Source of the DNA: Flavobacteriales bacterium
GTDB taxonomy: Bacteria; Bacteroidota; Bacteroidia; CAIKAF01
Assembly (NCBI GenBank): GCA_025055635.1
Contig: JANWWQ010000003.1
Location: 4,849 to 68,848, forward strand
DNA length: 64,000 nt
Direction of reading: 5' to 3'
The stretch's first letter is position 1; each line of letters opens with the position of its first letter. The notes under the pieces are model-generated. The model saw nothing but the letters and a program-made list of their open reading frames with translations. It did no database searches and was not told the origin of the DNA. The translations under genes and the position numbers were made by a program. Shown here one piece after another: positions 11,001 to 19,360 of this stretch.

Positions 11001-11489
11001 GAGAATAAAACCTACATTCTAAATGAATTTTTCAACTATTTCCCCGGCAGCTATACGGATGGGGAAGCCCGGCTACCTCTGGGACCCCTGCCTGATGGTA
11101 CTTACACTCTGCGTGTGGTGGCCTGGGACAATTGTAACAACCCTGGCGATGCTTGGCTTGCTTTTAGGCTGGATAATAGCCGGCTCATCCTGAACAACCT
11201 GACGGCATTTCCCAACCCCGCTTCTGACCAGGTGACCATCAGTTTCAGCCACAATCTTGCAGGTCACACTCTGGAAGCCGAACTCCGGGTGTTTGACTTA
11301 CAAGGCCGCCTGGTTTACCAGCATCGCCAGCCAATCCTCAACAGCGGTTACCGTAGCCTGGATATCCGCTGGGATTGTACCGCGCAGGGAGGTTATAAGT
11401 TGGCGCCTGGTGTATATCCATATTCTGTCACCTTGCGCGACGAGCAGGGCCGTACGGCCCGTGCTGGATCTAAGCTGGTGATTTTTTAG
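8028..11489 (+). CDS. porU: T9SS sortase / C-terminal signal peptidase PorU (peptidase C25)
   Basis: S.LATGLWYKL; NQNLHA; IYNEFS; LLFGDASYDYK; catalytic His (YVGHGG) and Cys (TATCTF); C-terminal FPNP..GVYPY CTD; followed by porV. Confidence 0.93.
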   Translation: MKKNIHRFTKPAILIALTLNVVLGDGPFLLRAQDFYNYKSTSLLATGLWYKLGVIDDGVYVVKGQDLVQWGVPALGKPLASFRLFGHGGLMLFERSDSTPVDDVQEVPLWVVDVNGNGLMDAEDGLFFFGKGPLDWRYDNSCLRYSHQTHLYSDTAYYFLNFGEPVEGLRLSMAEEALGSPDTVVAAREHLVLIEKDSVNLIRSGRQWFWRRFDVLSQHQFTLNIPHLTGKPLSVRSAVAERCLTSPGQMVLRVNGVQVLQHTPPLVSDHYEAPLASWEARCGTASLASEQIVLQMVKVDNTCETAWLDFIELKVERYNVKEEGSQLFLMHSETVGKNRVDYQLNGALSGVKVWEVTQPSRPVEWPLNGSVVRTFGGQVPRRFVAFKPEEALRPHFFGRIENQNLHALPSPDLIIISPPDFQEEAKRLADFRQAHDGLEAIVVTPQQIYNEFSHGQQDITAIRNFLQMFYLRGLQGQKMPRYVLLFGDASYDYKTHLNRTYRMEGSKMVNINTNFVPTYQSTNSLSRNGLSFGSDEFYAFLRPGTGLHETMVYGPAQQDIAIGRLTVRNREEAAKVVDKLIRYSSSPACLKPWRNEVLFVADDMDEPWENIFVYTSEDMSGILKNEFPVWNRAKIYLDAYRQVISSGQRYPDAQRELDLRMKLGTLFISYVGHGGETGWASERLLGMAQIDALTNAHALPLYYTATCTFTRFDDPHLRSGGERLIEMDQGGAIGLISTTRSTTVIGSFNKNIIRNMMSYTSQTDMPRLGDILRKSKNQYGGTYPLMLLFGDPSQRLAYPEHVVRATNITVDGQETDTMKATSLVTVKGVIENRDGQLLSDFNGRIYFTQFDKPGQTTTLQNDPQAQKIPFEVERNIVFRGQGLVQNGHWSVTFKVPIDIQYTVGKAKMSLYAENGFTDAHGYQEFYIGGSAGNCPNQQGPEVQLFLNDSLYQEGDVAGTNLAVYVRLSDSDGINTTGAGIGHDLMAVLEGPENKTYILNEFFNYFPGSYTDGEARLPLGPLPDGTYTLRVVAWDNCNNPGDAWLAFRLDNSRLILNNLTAFPNPASDQVTISFSHNLAGHTLEAELRVFDLQGRLVYQHRQPILNSGYRSLDIRWDCTAQGGYKLAPGVYPYSVTLRDEQGRTARAGSKLVIF

Positions 11490-11536
11490 ACTCCGACTCA
11501 CACAATAAATTTTGAAGGCAATAGTTAAATTAAGAC

Positions 11537-11544
11537 TACTTTTG
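11537..11544 (+). promoter_or_regulatory. -7 element (TACTTTTG) for porV
   Basis: Exact TAnnTTTG ending 16 nt before the ATG. Confidence 0.65.
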
Positions 11545-11560
11545 CACACCGTACTATTCC

Positions 11561-12844
11561 ATGCTTAAAAAAGTTTCTTTATCAGCACTTCTGATTCCTT
11601 TATCTTCTCTTTTAATACACGCTCAATATCAATCCCGTCAGGAATACCTGGAGGCTTATAGGAATGGTAAAACCATCAATGCCATCACAACGGCAGTTCC
11701 TTTTTTGATAGTAGCTCCTGACGCCCGAGCAGGTGGCATGGGGGATTGCGGAGTATCTACAGAAGCCGATGCCAATTCCATGCACTGGAATTTAGCCAAG
11801 GCGCCTTTCGCTCAAAGGCGTACCTCCATCTCTCTTACCTATTCGCCCTGGCTGCGGAACCTTGTACCCGACATCAATATGGCTTATCTGGCCTTTTACC
11901 AGAAACTGGGAAAGAATGACCGCGCCGCCCTTCTGGGTTCTTTGCGTTACTTTAATTTAGGAAACATTCAGTTTTTTGACATTTTTGGCACCCCCATCGG
12001 TAACTATACACCCAATGAATTTGCCATAGATGCCGGGTATTCCATGAAGCTAATTGACAACCTGAGTATGGGTGTGGCTTTCAGGTTTATTTATTCCAAC
12101 TTAACGCTCGGCATCCCTGTGGCCGGTGCTGCCACCTTCCCCGGAAAAGCCGGTGCAGGAGATATAGGTCTCTATTACCAGAACGAAAACTGGTCAATCG
12201 CAAAGCGGCCTATCATCTTCAGATTTGGAACAGCTTTCACCAATTTAGGTTCTAAAATCAGGTATTCGCAGGGCTCCCGCGCTGATTTTATCCCCATGAA
12301 TTTTCGCCTGGGCACATCCCTGCAAATGAAACTGGATGATTTTAATTCTTTGTTATGGGCAGTGGAAGCCAACAAGTTGCTAGTGCCCACTCCGGCCGTT
12401 TACCTGACTGACTCCGCCGGTGGCGGACCCGTCATTAATCCAGACGGCTCAAAAGTGATTATAGCCGGTCGGGATCCTAACCGAGGTGTTTTGGATGGCA
12501 TCTTCACTTCTTTTTTTGACGCCCCCGGGGGCCTACGCGAAGAACTCCATGAAGTGATGCTTTCCACAGGTCTTGAATATTGGTATAGTGATATATTTTC
12601 AGCCCGTCTAGGCTATTTCAACGAAGCCAAACAAAAAGGCAACCGCCGATTCGTGACGTTGGGCTTCGGAGTCCGCTACAGCGCCTTTGGTTTGGATGTT
12701 TCCTATTTAGTGCCCATTGTGCAAAGGCATCCGCTGGAAAGCACATTGCGTTTTTCTCTTCTTTTCACCTTTGACAGTTTGAATCCTAAAACCGAAAAAA
12801 CGAAATCCAATCCCTTGCCAGGCCGAAGAAAGAAAAATGAGTAA
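11561..12844 (+). CDS. porV: T9SS outer-membrane shuttle PorV
   Basis: ITTAVPFLIVAPDARAGGMGD; YSPWL; KLLVPTP; GLEYWY; KGNRRF; downstream of porU. Confidence 0.95.
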   Translation: MLKKVSLSALLIPLSSLLIHAQYQSRQEYLEAYRNGKTINAITTAVPFLIVAPDARAGGMGDCGVSTEADANSMHWNLAKAPFAQRRTSISLTYSPWLRNLVPDINMAYLAFYQKLGKNDRAALLGSLRYFNLGNIQFFDIFGTPIGNYTPNEFAIDAGYSMKLIDNLSMGVAFRFIYSNLTLGIPVAGAATFPGKAGAGDIGLYYQNENWSIAKRPIIFRFGTAFTNLGSKIRYSQGSRADFIPMNFRLGTSLQMKLDDFNSLLWAVEANKLLVPTPAVYLTDSAGGGPVINPDGSKVIIAGRDPNRGVLDGIFTSFFDAPGGLREELHEVMLSTGLEYWYSDIFSARLGYFNEAKQKGNRRFVTLGFGVRYSAFGLDVSYLVPIVQRHPLESTLRFSLLFTFDSLNPKTEKTKSNPLPGRRKKNE

Positions 12845-13496
12845 GCATTCTTAGGAAATATTAAATTTCTAGGGGTCTTGTCAGGGATTGGGAATTATTG
12901 AGGGACCTTCCTCTTCCATTTATTTTCATACACGATCCTTAGCAAGTCTTAAAATGGCCCCATTTAGTTTTTGAAATTTTTTTCGGATTCGAATCAATTA
13001 ATAAGTTTTACCATAACTAACAACGGACATATTTTATAAACATTAACAAAGTCCTTGGTTTAAAAATTTTTGCCCCTATTCCTACCATTGTTATAAACCG
13101 CTAGACCTCAAAAATTCGAAGATCTTCGTTTTTTTGTTCCTGATAGAAGCCAACAAAACGTTGTTATGAAAAGATTTAAAAAAATATTTGAATCGTTTCA
13201 TCAACTAGTAAAAAGTAAAAAAAGAAAAGCTTTCAATTAATAAATCTTTAGCTCGTGCGGAAGGGGCTATCGTTCCTTGACCCTATTACTGATAACCGGC
13301 ATAGGAAAACCCTAGTATTCCTAGGCAAATGGTAATCCAGCAAGTGGTTCCAAGAGAAAATATAGAATCGCAGGTTATTGGCTGGTAAAAACGCTGTATT
13401 GATACCAATTGGGAAAAAAACATTTTTTAATTGGACGTGCTTGGCTACAAAACAAATCCCATATCCTAACTGATCCAATCTCCCCCTAAAATTTGC

Positions 13497-13504
13497 TAAC
13501 TTTG
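13497..13504 (+). promoter_or_regulatory. -7 element (TAACTTTG) for the phhA-SDR operon
   Basis: Exact TAnnTTTG ending 21 nt before the ATG at 13526. Confidence 0.7.
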
Positions 13505-13525
13505 TTCTAACTGAAATTGCTGGTC

Positions 13526-15295
13526 ATGAGTCATCTCACAGGAGCTTCTTCAGAAAAACTAGATTATTCCAGCCCGGTATTAGAATCGCTGCCTCCTCAT
13601 CTGAAAGCCTTCATGGTGCCGCAGCACTATGAAAACTACACCGCCACTGATCATGCTGTGTGGCGTTTTGTGATGCGCCGTAATGTGGATTACCTAAAAA
13701 CCGTGGCCCATAAATCTTACCTAGAGGGGCTGGAAAAAACGGGCATCACCCTAGATAAAATACCCTCCGTGAAGGAGATGAACGATATTCTGGGCCGCAT
13801 CGGTTGGGCTGCCTGTACCGTGGACGGATTCATTCACCCCCAGGCCTTCATGGAATTCCAGGCTTATAAGGTGCTCGTGATAGCTGCCGATATTCGTCAG
13901 ATTGAACATATACAGTACACCCCTGCTCCTGACATTATCCATGAAGCGGCGGGCCATGCGCCTATCATTGCCGATCCAGATTATGCCGAATACCTTCGTT
14001 ATTTTGGGGAGATTGGATGCCGGGCCTTCAGCTCGCGCCGCGACTTTGAGCTATTTGAGGCCATCCGGCACCTCTCTATTATAAAGGAAGATCCTTATAC
14101 CCCTGAAGATGAAATTCGAGAAGGGGAAAGACGTATAGCGGAAATTGCAGCCGACATGGGGCCTCCATCAGAAATGGCTTTGATACGCCGCCTACACTGG
14201 TGGACTGTAGAGTATGGCCTGATTGGACCCATGGAGGCTCCCAAAATTTATGGCGCCGGACTGCTCTCTTCCATCGGGGAAAGCATGTGGTGTATGAGGC
14301 CAGAGGTCAAAAAAATTCCCTACACGTTAGAGGCCATGTACACCGATTTCGATATCACCAGACCTCAGCCCCAGTTGTTTGTGACACCTGATTTTGACCA
14401 TCTCAAGGATGTACTGAATCAGTTTGCCGATACTATGGCCCTGAGGAAGGGAGGTGTTTATGGCTTGCAGAAGGCCCTGGAATCCGGATATACCTGCACT
14501 GTGGTGCTTAGCAGTGGCATTCAGATCAGTGGAACGCTTACAGAGTATCGGCAGGATCCCTGGGGGCGACCTTCCTATGTACGATTCACGGGACCCGCTT
14601 CTCTGGCTTACAACAACCGGCAAATTCCTGGTCATGGAGCCGATTACCATAAGGAAGGTTTCAGCACCATTGTGGGTAAACTACGAGGTGTAGAGGCTCG
14701 ACTGGAATACTGGGGTCCAGAAGAGCTGGCCAGTCAAGGTTTTGTAGAGGGTCAGCGCGTGCATTGCATCTTTGAATCTGGTATTGAGCTGGAAGGTCGT
14801 TATGAAGGCCTACTGCGTGGGGAAAATGGTAAAAATCTCTTGTTTCGATTTGAAGACTGTACTGTCCGCCACGGTGAGGCAATTCTATTTCGTCCGGAGT
14901 GGGGCACCTTTGACATGGCCGTAGGGCATGGTGTGGTGTCTGTGTATTCGGGCGTAGCGGATCCATGGGCCTTTCCTTTGAAGTTTGAGCCGCCGCGCGA
15001 GAAAACCCACAAAATCCAGTACGATGCACAGATGCGGCGCCTGCACGATCTTTATGCACAGGTGCGCCACATCCGTCTCACGGGAGAAAATTTTGACCAA
15101 TTGCCTCACATTTTGAAGCAGATTCCCGAAGTGAACCTTCATACTTGGTTGCTGGTCGTGGAAGCTTTAGAACTCATGGAAGGCAAACCTCACTTGCAGG
15201 GCGAGGTAGAGCGATGGCGTCGGCTTCTTCAAGAAGCTGCCGAGCGTTATCCATCCTTGGCTGAACTGTTGCAGTTTCAAGGTCAGCCGGCCTGA
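13526..15295 (+). CDS. phhA: Pterin-dependent aromatic amino acid hydroxylase (phenylalanine 4-monooxygenase, long form with C-terminal extension)
   Basis: YTPAPDIIHEAAGH iron ligands; WWTVEYGL; YGAGLLSSIGES; FDITRPQPQLFV. Confidence 0.9.
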   Translation: MSHLTGASSEKLDYSSPVLESLPPHLKAFMVPQHYENYTATDHAVWRFVMRRNVDYLKTVAHKSYLEGLEKTGITLDKIPSVKEMNDILGRIGWAACTVDGFIHPQAFMEFQAYKVLVIAADIRQIEHIQYTPAPDIIHEAAGHAPIIADPDYAEYLRYFGEIGCRAFSSRRDFELFEAIRHLSIIKEDPYTPEDEIREGERRIAEIAADMGPPSEMALIRRLHWWTVEYGLIGPMEAPKIYGAGLLSSIGESMWCMRPEVKKIPYTLEAMYTDFDITRPQPQLFVTPDFDHLKDVLNQFADTMALRKGGVYGLQKALESGYTCTVVLSSGIQISGTLTEYRQDPWGRPSYVRFTGPASLAYNNRQIPGHGADYHKEGFSTIVGKLRGVEARLEYWGPEELASQGFVEGQRVHCIFESGIELEGRYEGLLRGENGKNLLFRFEDCTVRHGEAILFRPEWGTFDMAVGHGVVSVYSGVADPWAFPLKFEPPREKTHKIQYDAQMRRLHDLYAQVRHIRLTGENFDQLPHILKQIPEVNLHTWLLVVEALELMEGKPHLQGEVERWRRLLQEAAERYPSLAELLQFQGQPA

Positions 15296-16014
15296 TGGCT
15301 GCCTCCTTTCGGTGGGTGATCACCGGTGCCGGCGGAGGGCTCGGTCAGGCCCTTGTCCGGGAAGCGCTGGCCTCGCCGGGTACCACATTTGTAGCAGCGC
15401 TCTCCAGTAGCCTGGATAATTCCTCTGCCTCCCTACAATTTTCCTCTGAGGCATTGCAGAGTGGTCGCTTGCAGATGTACCGATGCAATTATCTGGAGCC
15501 AGACCTTACTATCCAGGACAACCTTGTAAACCTACTTCGAGGCTCAACCCCAGTGTTTCTCATTCACAATGCGGGAATGCTCATCACTCATCCGAAGGGC
15601 AGTTGGGATGAGTCTGCAGCCCGCCAAATGTGGGAAGTGAATTTCTGGGGTCCCCTGCGGCTAACATATGCCTTGCTTCCTGCTTTGCCTTCTGGCAGCC
15701 ATATAGTAAATATTGGTTCGATGGGTGGTTTTCAAGGCAGTGTCAAGTTTCCTGGCCTGGCTTTGTATTCTGCTTCCAAAGCTGCTCTGGCGTGCTGGAC
15801 TGAATGCATGGCTACCGAACTGCAGCCCCGGGGCATTCGGGTTAATTGCCTGGCGTTAGGAAGTGTGGATACACCGATGCTTCGTAAGGCTTTCCCAGGT
15901 TACCAGAGTCCCGTGAGTCCCGCCGCCATGGCTCAATTCATAATACAATTTGCCATTCAAGGCGCAGCTTTATTTAATGGAAAAGTGATCCCAGTGGCCG
16001 TGACAACTCCGTAA
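15295..16014 (+). CDS. SDR family NAD(P)-dependent oxidoreductase
   Basis: ITGAGGGLG; HNAG; IGSMGG; YSASK; start overlaps the phhA stop (TGATG). Confidence 0.9.
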   Translation: MAASFRWVITGAGGGLGQALVREALASPGTTFVAALSSSLDNSSASLQFSSEALQSGRLQMYRCNYLEPDLTIQDNLVNLLRGSTPVFLIHNAGMLITHPKGSWDESAARQMWEVNFWGPLRLTYALLPALPSGSHIVNIGSMGGFQGSVKFPGLALYSASKAALACWTECMATELQPRGIRVNCLALGSVDTPMLRKAFPGYQSPVSPAAMAQFIIQFAIQGAALFNGKVIPVAVTTP

Positions 16015-16353
16015 AATATAATTAACTTGTTTAATTAGTATTTTGATTGGTTAAATGTTTTTGATATTCAGTCTAATTATATTAAAGTTAGTCAATTTCC
16101 AAAATTTTTGAACCAGCTTTTAAACGAAAGATTAAATTAAAATTTTTCATATTTAAAGCTGCTACATTTTGGTAAAGCGAATAATAAGATTTCGGTTTTT
16201 TACTTTTCGGCCTATTACCAGATCACAACTTTTACAATACCTTGTAGGTAATCATATCAAACAGGTAAATATAAATATTGGATTAGAAACTTAATCTTAA
16301 GATAAATGAATTTCTGAGGGATAAAAACCTTTCTGTTCTATAGGACACTATTG

Positions 16354-17202
16354 CTAAAAAATTTCGTGAAGAAGTCGCTTGTATAGCCTTGCAATAAGTT
16401 TCGCTTTTTTACTGCTTTCCTTCAGTACATCGTCATGAGACACCTGTACCGTACGTCCCTCTACACCAAGGTCAGTTATGACACAAAGGCAAGAGACCTC
16501 TAGATTAAGATATCGGGCCATGATCACTTCCGGTACTGTGCTCATACCCACTGCATCGGCTCCTATAATACGAAGAAAGCGGTACTCGGCAGGGGTTTCA
16601 AATGATGGGCCATGAACTCCCACATACACTCCTCTGTGCAGCGGCAAATTCTCTTCTTTGGCAATACGTATGAGTTTTTTTATTAGACTTTTACTGAAGG
16701 CCTCCGTCATATCAGGGAAGCGGGGACCCAGACTATCGTCGTTGGGGCCACGCAATGGGGAATCCCCCATCAAATTGATTTGATCTTCCACCAGCATAAT
16801 ATCCCCAATCTCAAAGGAGGGATTGAGGCCGCCGGAGGCGTTGGTAAGCAACAGGTAGCGCACCCCACAGAGGTAAGCCAGAAGCACAGGGGCTGTAACC
16901 TGTTGCATGGTAAGGCCTTCGTAGTAGTGGAAGCGACCTTCAAATAAAAGGCCCGACTTGTTAGCATCCTTAATTAATGAAAGTTGACCACGGTGACCTT
17001 TCACTCCTGTGGTTGGAAATCCCGGAATGTCCGCATAAGGTATCTTTTGAATGATTTCAAATTCAGAAGCAGCATCGGCCAAGCCGGATCCTAATATAAT
17101 GGCGAAAGTAAATTTTTCTTCAGTCGTTTTTAGGAGTTGTTCCGAGAAGGGTTTTAAGGCCTGTACTAGAGCTGATAAATTCAAAAAACCTGTGTCTTTC
17201 AT
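16354..17202 (-). CDS. punA: Purine-nucleoside phosphorylase (PNP I)
   Basis: ILGSGL; GHRG; GRFHYYEG; TNASGG; GPRFPDM; GPSFETPAE; GADAVGMSTVPE. Confidence 0.93.
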   Translation of the reverse strand: MKDTGFLNLSALVQALKPFSEQLLKTTEEKFTFAIILGSGLADAASEFEIIQKIPYADIPGFPTTGVKGHRGQLSLIKDANKSGLLFEGRFHYYEGLTMQQVTAPVLLAYLCGVRYLLLTNASGGLNPSFEIGDIMLVEDQINLMGDSPLRGPNDDSLGPRFPDMTEAFSKSLIKKLIRIAKEENLPLHRGVYVGVHGPSFETPAEYRFLRIIGADAVGMSTVPEVIMARYLNLEVSCLCVITDLGVEGRTVQVSHDDVLKESSKKAKLIARLYKRLLHEIF

Positions 17203-18226
17203 TTTTATCTTTAAAAATAAATGAGGAACGGGCTATGAACAGGGGCCTTCTGCCCAGAAGGACTGGAAATTCAGATAATTCTTCCAGTCGAACAAGGTCT
17301 TTTTCAGTGGTCACAAGGATTTTGTTTTCAATGGAAAGTAGATCAAATTCCGTAAGTATTTCACGAACATCCGTTTCTGAATACCAATGGTGGTCGGCAA
17401 ATATACGTTTGCCTATAACTGTTCCAAAATTCTTCAGATCATTAAGAAAATGTTCAGGATATCCAATGCCGCAGAATACATAAAATTTTCTATACGGGAT
17501 TTCCTTGTGAAACACGCTGTCAGAATATTTAAAAAAGCCTTCAATGCATACATTACCTTTAAAAATTGGTTTTTCGGGGAATTCGCGGAACAGCTTTTCC
17601 GTGTATCGTCCGGTCATTTCCTTGGTTACTATTAGGGCATGGGCTCTCTGAAGGCTTTTTAAGGGTTCCCTTAGGCGTCCGGCGGGCAGAAGCAGCCGGG
17701 GTGGTTCCAAATCGCGTTCAGCCAAAAGAACGATGTTAAGGATGGGCTTTACACGGCGATGCTGGAAAGCATCATCCATGATACTCAGAAAAGGCCGTTC
17801 TAAAGTAGCCTTTGCTTTTTCAAGAGCTTTGGCACGTTGAGCTGATACCAGAACAAGTAATCCAGGAACCCGCCTGGATACCATCAAAGGTTCATCACCG
17901 GAGATTCTGGCTGTGGTTGTAGGGTCAACCCGACGTAGGCCACGGGATTGGCGGCCATAACCCCTTGAAATATAAACCACAGGTATGCCTCTATCTAGGA
18001 AAAACTTGGCTAACATCATGCAAAAGGGGGTTTTGCCGGTGCCTCCCGTAGTGATATTGCCTACAGAAATTACTGGATAAAGGGGTTCGTATATCTTTAA
18101 CAAACCTGCATCAAAAAACTTATTCCTCGTCCATACTACTATGCCGTATAGAAGGGAAATAGGCCCAAGAACAAGCCCTGCAAGGTATTTTATCTTCAAG
18201 AAGTTAATGGGCAGTTTCAAAAACAA
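17120..18226 (-). CDS. lpxK: Tetraacyldisaccharide 4'-kinase
   Basis: VISVGNITTGGTGKTP; SRGYGR; GDEP; DDAFQHR; LLPAGRLRE; FADHH; TTEKD. Confidence 0.95.
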   Translation of the reverse strand: MFLKLPINFLKIKYLAGLVLGPISLLYGIVVWTRNKFFDAGLLKIYEPLYPVISVGNITTGGTGKTPFCMMLAKFFLDRGIPVVYISRGYGRQSRGLRRVDPTTTARISGDEPLMVSRRVPGLLVLVSAQRAKALEKAKATLERPFLSIMDDAFQHRRVKPILNIVLLAERDLEPPRLLLPAGRLREPLKSLQRAHALIVTKEMTGRYTEKLFREFPEKPIFKGNVCIEGFFKYSDSVFHKEIPYRKFYVFCGIGYPEHFLNDLKNFGTVIGKRIFADHHWYSETDVREILTEFDLLSIENKILVTTEKDLVRLEELSEFPVLLGRRPLFIARSSFIFKDKNERHRFFEFISSSTGLKTLLGTTPKND

Positions 18227-18389
18227 TTAAATGCTTAAATATTGAATCTCTAATATTGAATTTTTGAATTTTTTGGAGAAGTTCTGAAATAATTTTATCA
18301 TTTTTATCTTAGGAAACCTTAATTTAATGCTTCTACTGATTTTTTAAAAGATTCTTATCGCGTTCTAAGTATGGCAGATTTTAAATTTT

Positions 18390-19262
18390 TCATACTGTAT
18401 CCATAAAGTTTTTTTCCACACGGTTGAATATAATTAAACCAATTAGCAATTGAAAAATTGTAAAAATAAAACTATATAGAATACTATTCCAGGAGTGGCT
18501 GCCTACACCAAGTAAGGCATACCTGAACGATTCAACTAATGGACTTATTGGATTTATCTCAATAAAACTTTTGTACATTTCCGGAATAGCTGAGATAGGG
18601 TAAATAACCGGAGTGGCGTACATAAGAAGTGTGACTCCGAAGCCGATAAAGAATGTCAAATCCCGGTATTTGGTGGTGAGAGATGTGATGATTAGCCCAG
18701 CTCCTGCAGCTAGGGCACCCATGATCAGCAGAAGGAAAGGTAACCAAAGGAGATTTAGTGTAATGGAGGGTTTGAAATCGCCCCTTAACGAATAAAAAAT
18801 ATATAAAACCAGAAATGCCAGCATTTGCATGGAGAATTTGAAGAGGTTGCTTAATACAGCTGCAATGGGCACTGTGAGACGGGGAAAGTACACTTTTCCA
18901 AACAGATTGACATTGGCCACAAAAGTGGTGGAACAAGCCTGGAATGAGCCCTGGAAAAAGTTCCAGATGCTTATACCGGCCATGTAAAAGAGGGGAGCCG
19001 GAATGCCCTCAGTGCTGATGCCAGCGATGCGGTTGAAAACCAACGTGAACATGAATACCGTGAACAAAGGGGCCAAAAACAACCATAAAGGTCCCAGAAT
19101 GGTCTGCTTATATACCGATACGATGTCGCGGCGAATGAAAAGGCTAATCAGAAATCTGTAACGCCACAATTCATGCAACCTCAAATCCCACCAGGGCCTA
19201 CGTGGTGAAATTACTTCCGTCCACTCCTGCGAAGTGCGTTGAGAGGAGATGGGGCGGCTCAC
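18390..19262 (-). CDS. ABC-2 polysaccharide exporter permease (Wzm/TagG-like)
   Basis: ELWRYR; RDIVSVYKQTILGPLW; KVYFPRL; KYRDL; YATPVIYP; EKNFMDTV. Confidence 0.9.
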   Translation of the reverse strand: MSRPISSQRTSQEWTEVISPRRPWWDLRLHELWRYRFLISLFIRRDIVSVYKQTILGPLWLFLAPLFTVFMFTLVFNRIAGISTEGIPAPLFYMAGISIWNFFQGSFQACSTTFVANVNLFGKVYFPRLTVPIAAVLSNLFKFSMQMLAFLVLYIFYSLRGDFKPSITLNLLWLPFLLLIMGALAAGAGLIITSLTTKYRDLTFFIGFGVTLLMYATPVIYPISAIPEMYKSFIEINPISPLVESFRYALLGVGSHSWNSILYSFIFTIFQLLIGLIIFNRVEKNFMDTV

Positions 19263-19266
19263 GGCG

Positions 19267-19274
19267 CAAAAATA
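19267..19274 (-). promoter_or_regulatory. -7 element (TATTTTTG) immediately upstream of the wzm GTG
   Basis: Exact TAnnTTTG ending 4 nt before the GTG at 19262. Confidence 0.55.
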
Positions 19275-19360
19275 TACTTCAGTTTTTGGGGCTCAGAGGA
19301 GCTTATCATTGCCAATTATTATTTTTGAAGGCAGTGAGAGCCCCAAAGCTTTTTTATATT

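Noticed and set aside
4967-12844. porP-gldJ / porU-porV cluster as a novel system
   Set aside because: This is an established T9SS and gliding gene arrangement, and the PorU catalytic His and Cys are intact.
13248-13478. 76-aa minus-strand ORF in the porV-phhA gap
   Set aside because: TTG start, no motif, no supporting promoter; consistent with chance.
19202-19333. Apparent head-to-head overlap of the T9SS cargo ORF with wzm
   Set aside because: Artefact of longest-ORF calling; the signal peptide and -7 element point to a start at 19334 or 19361.
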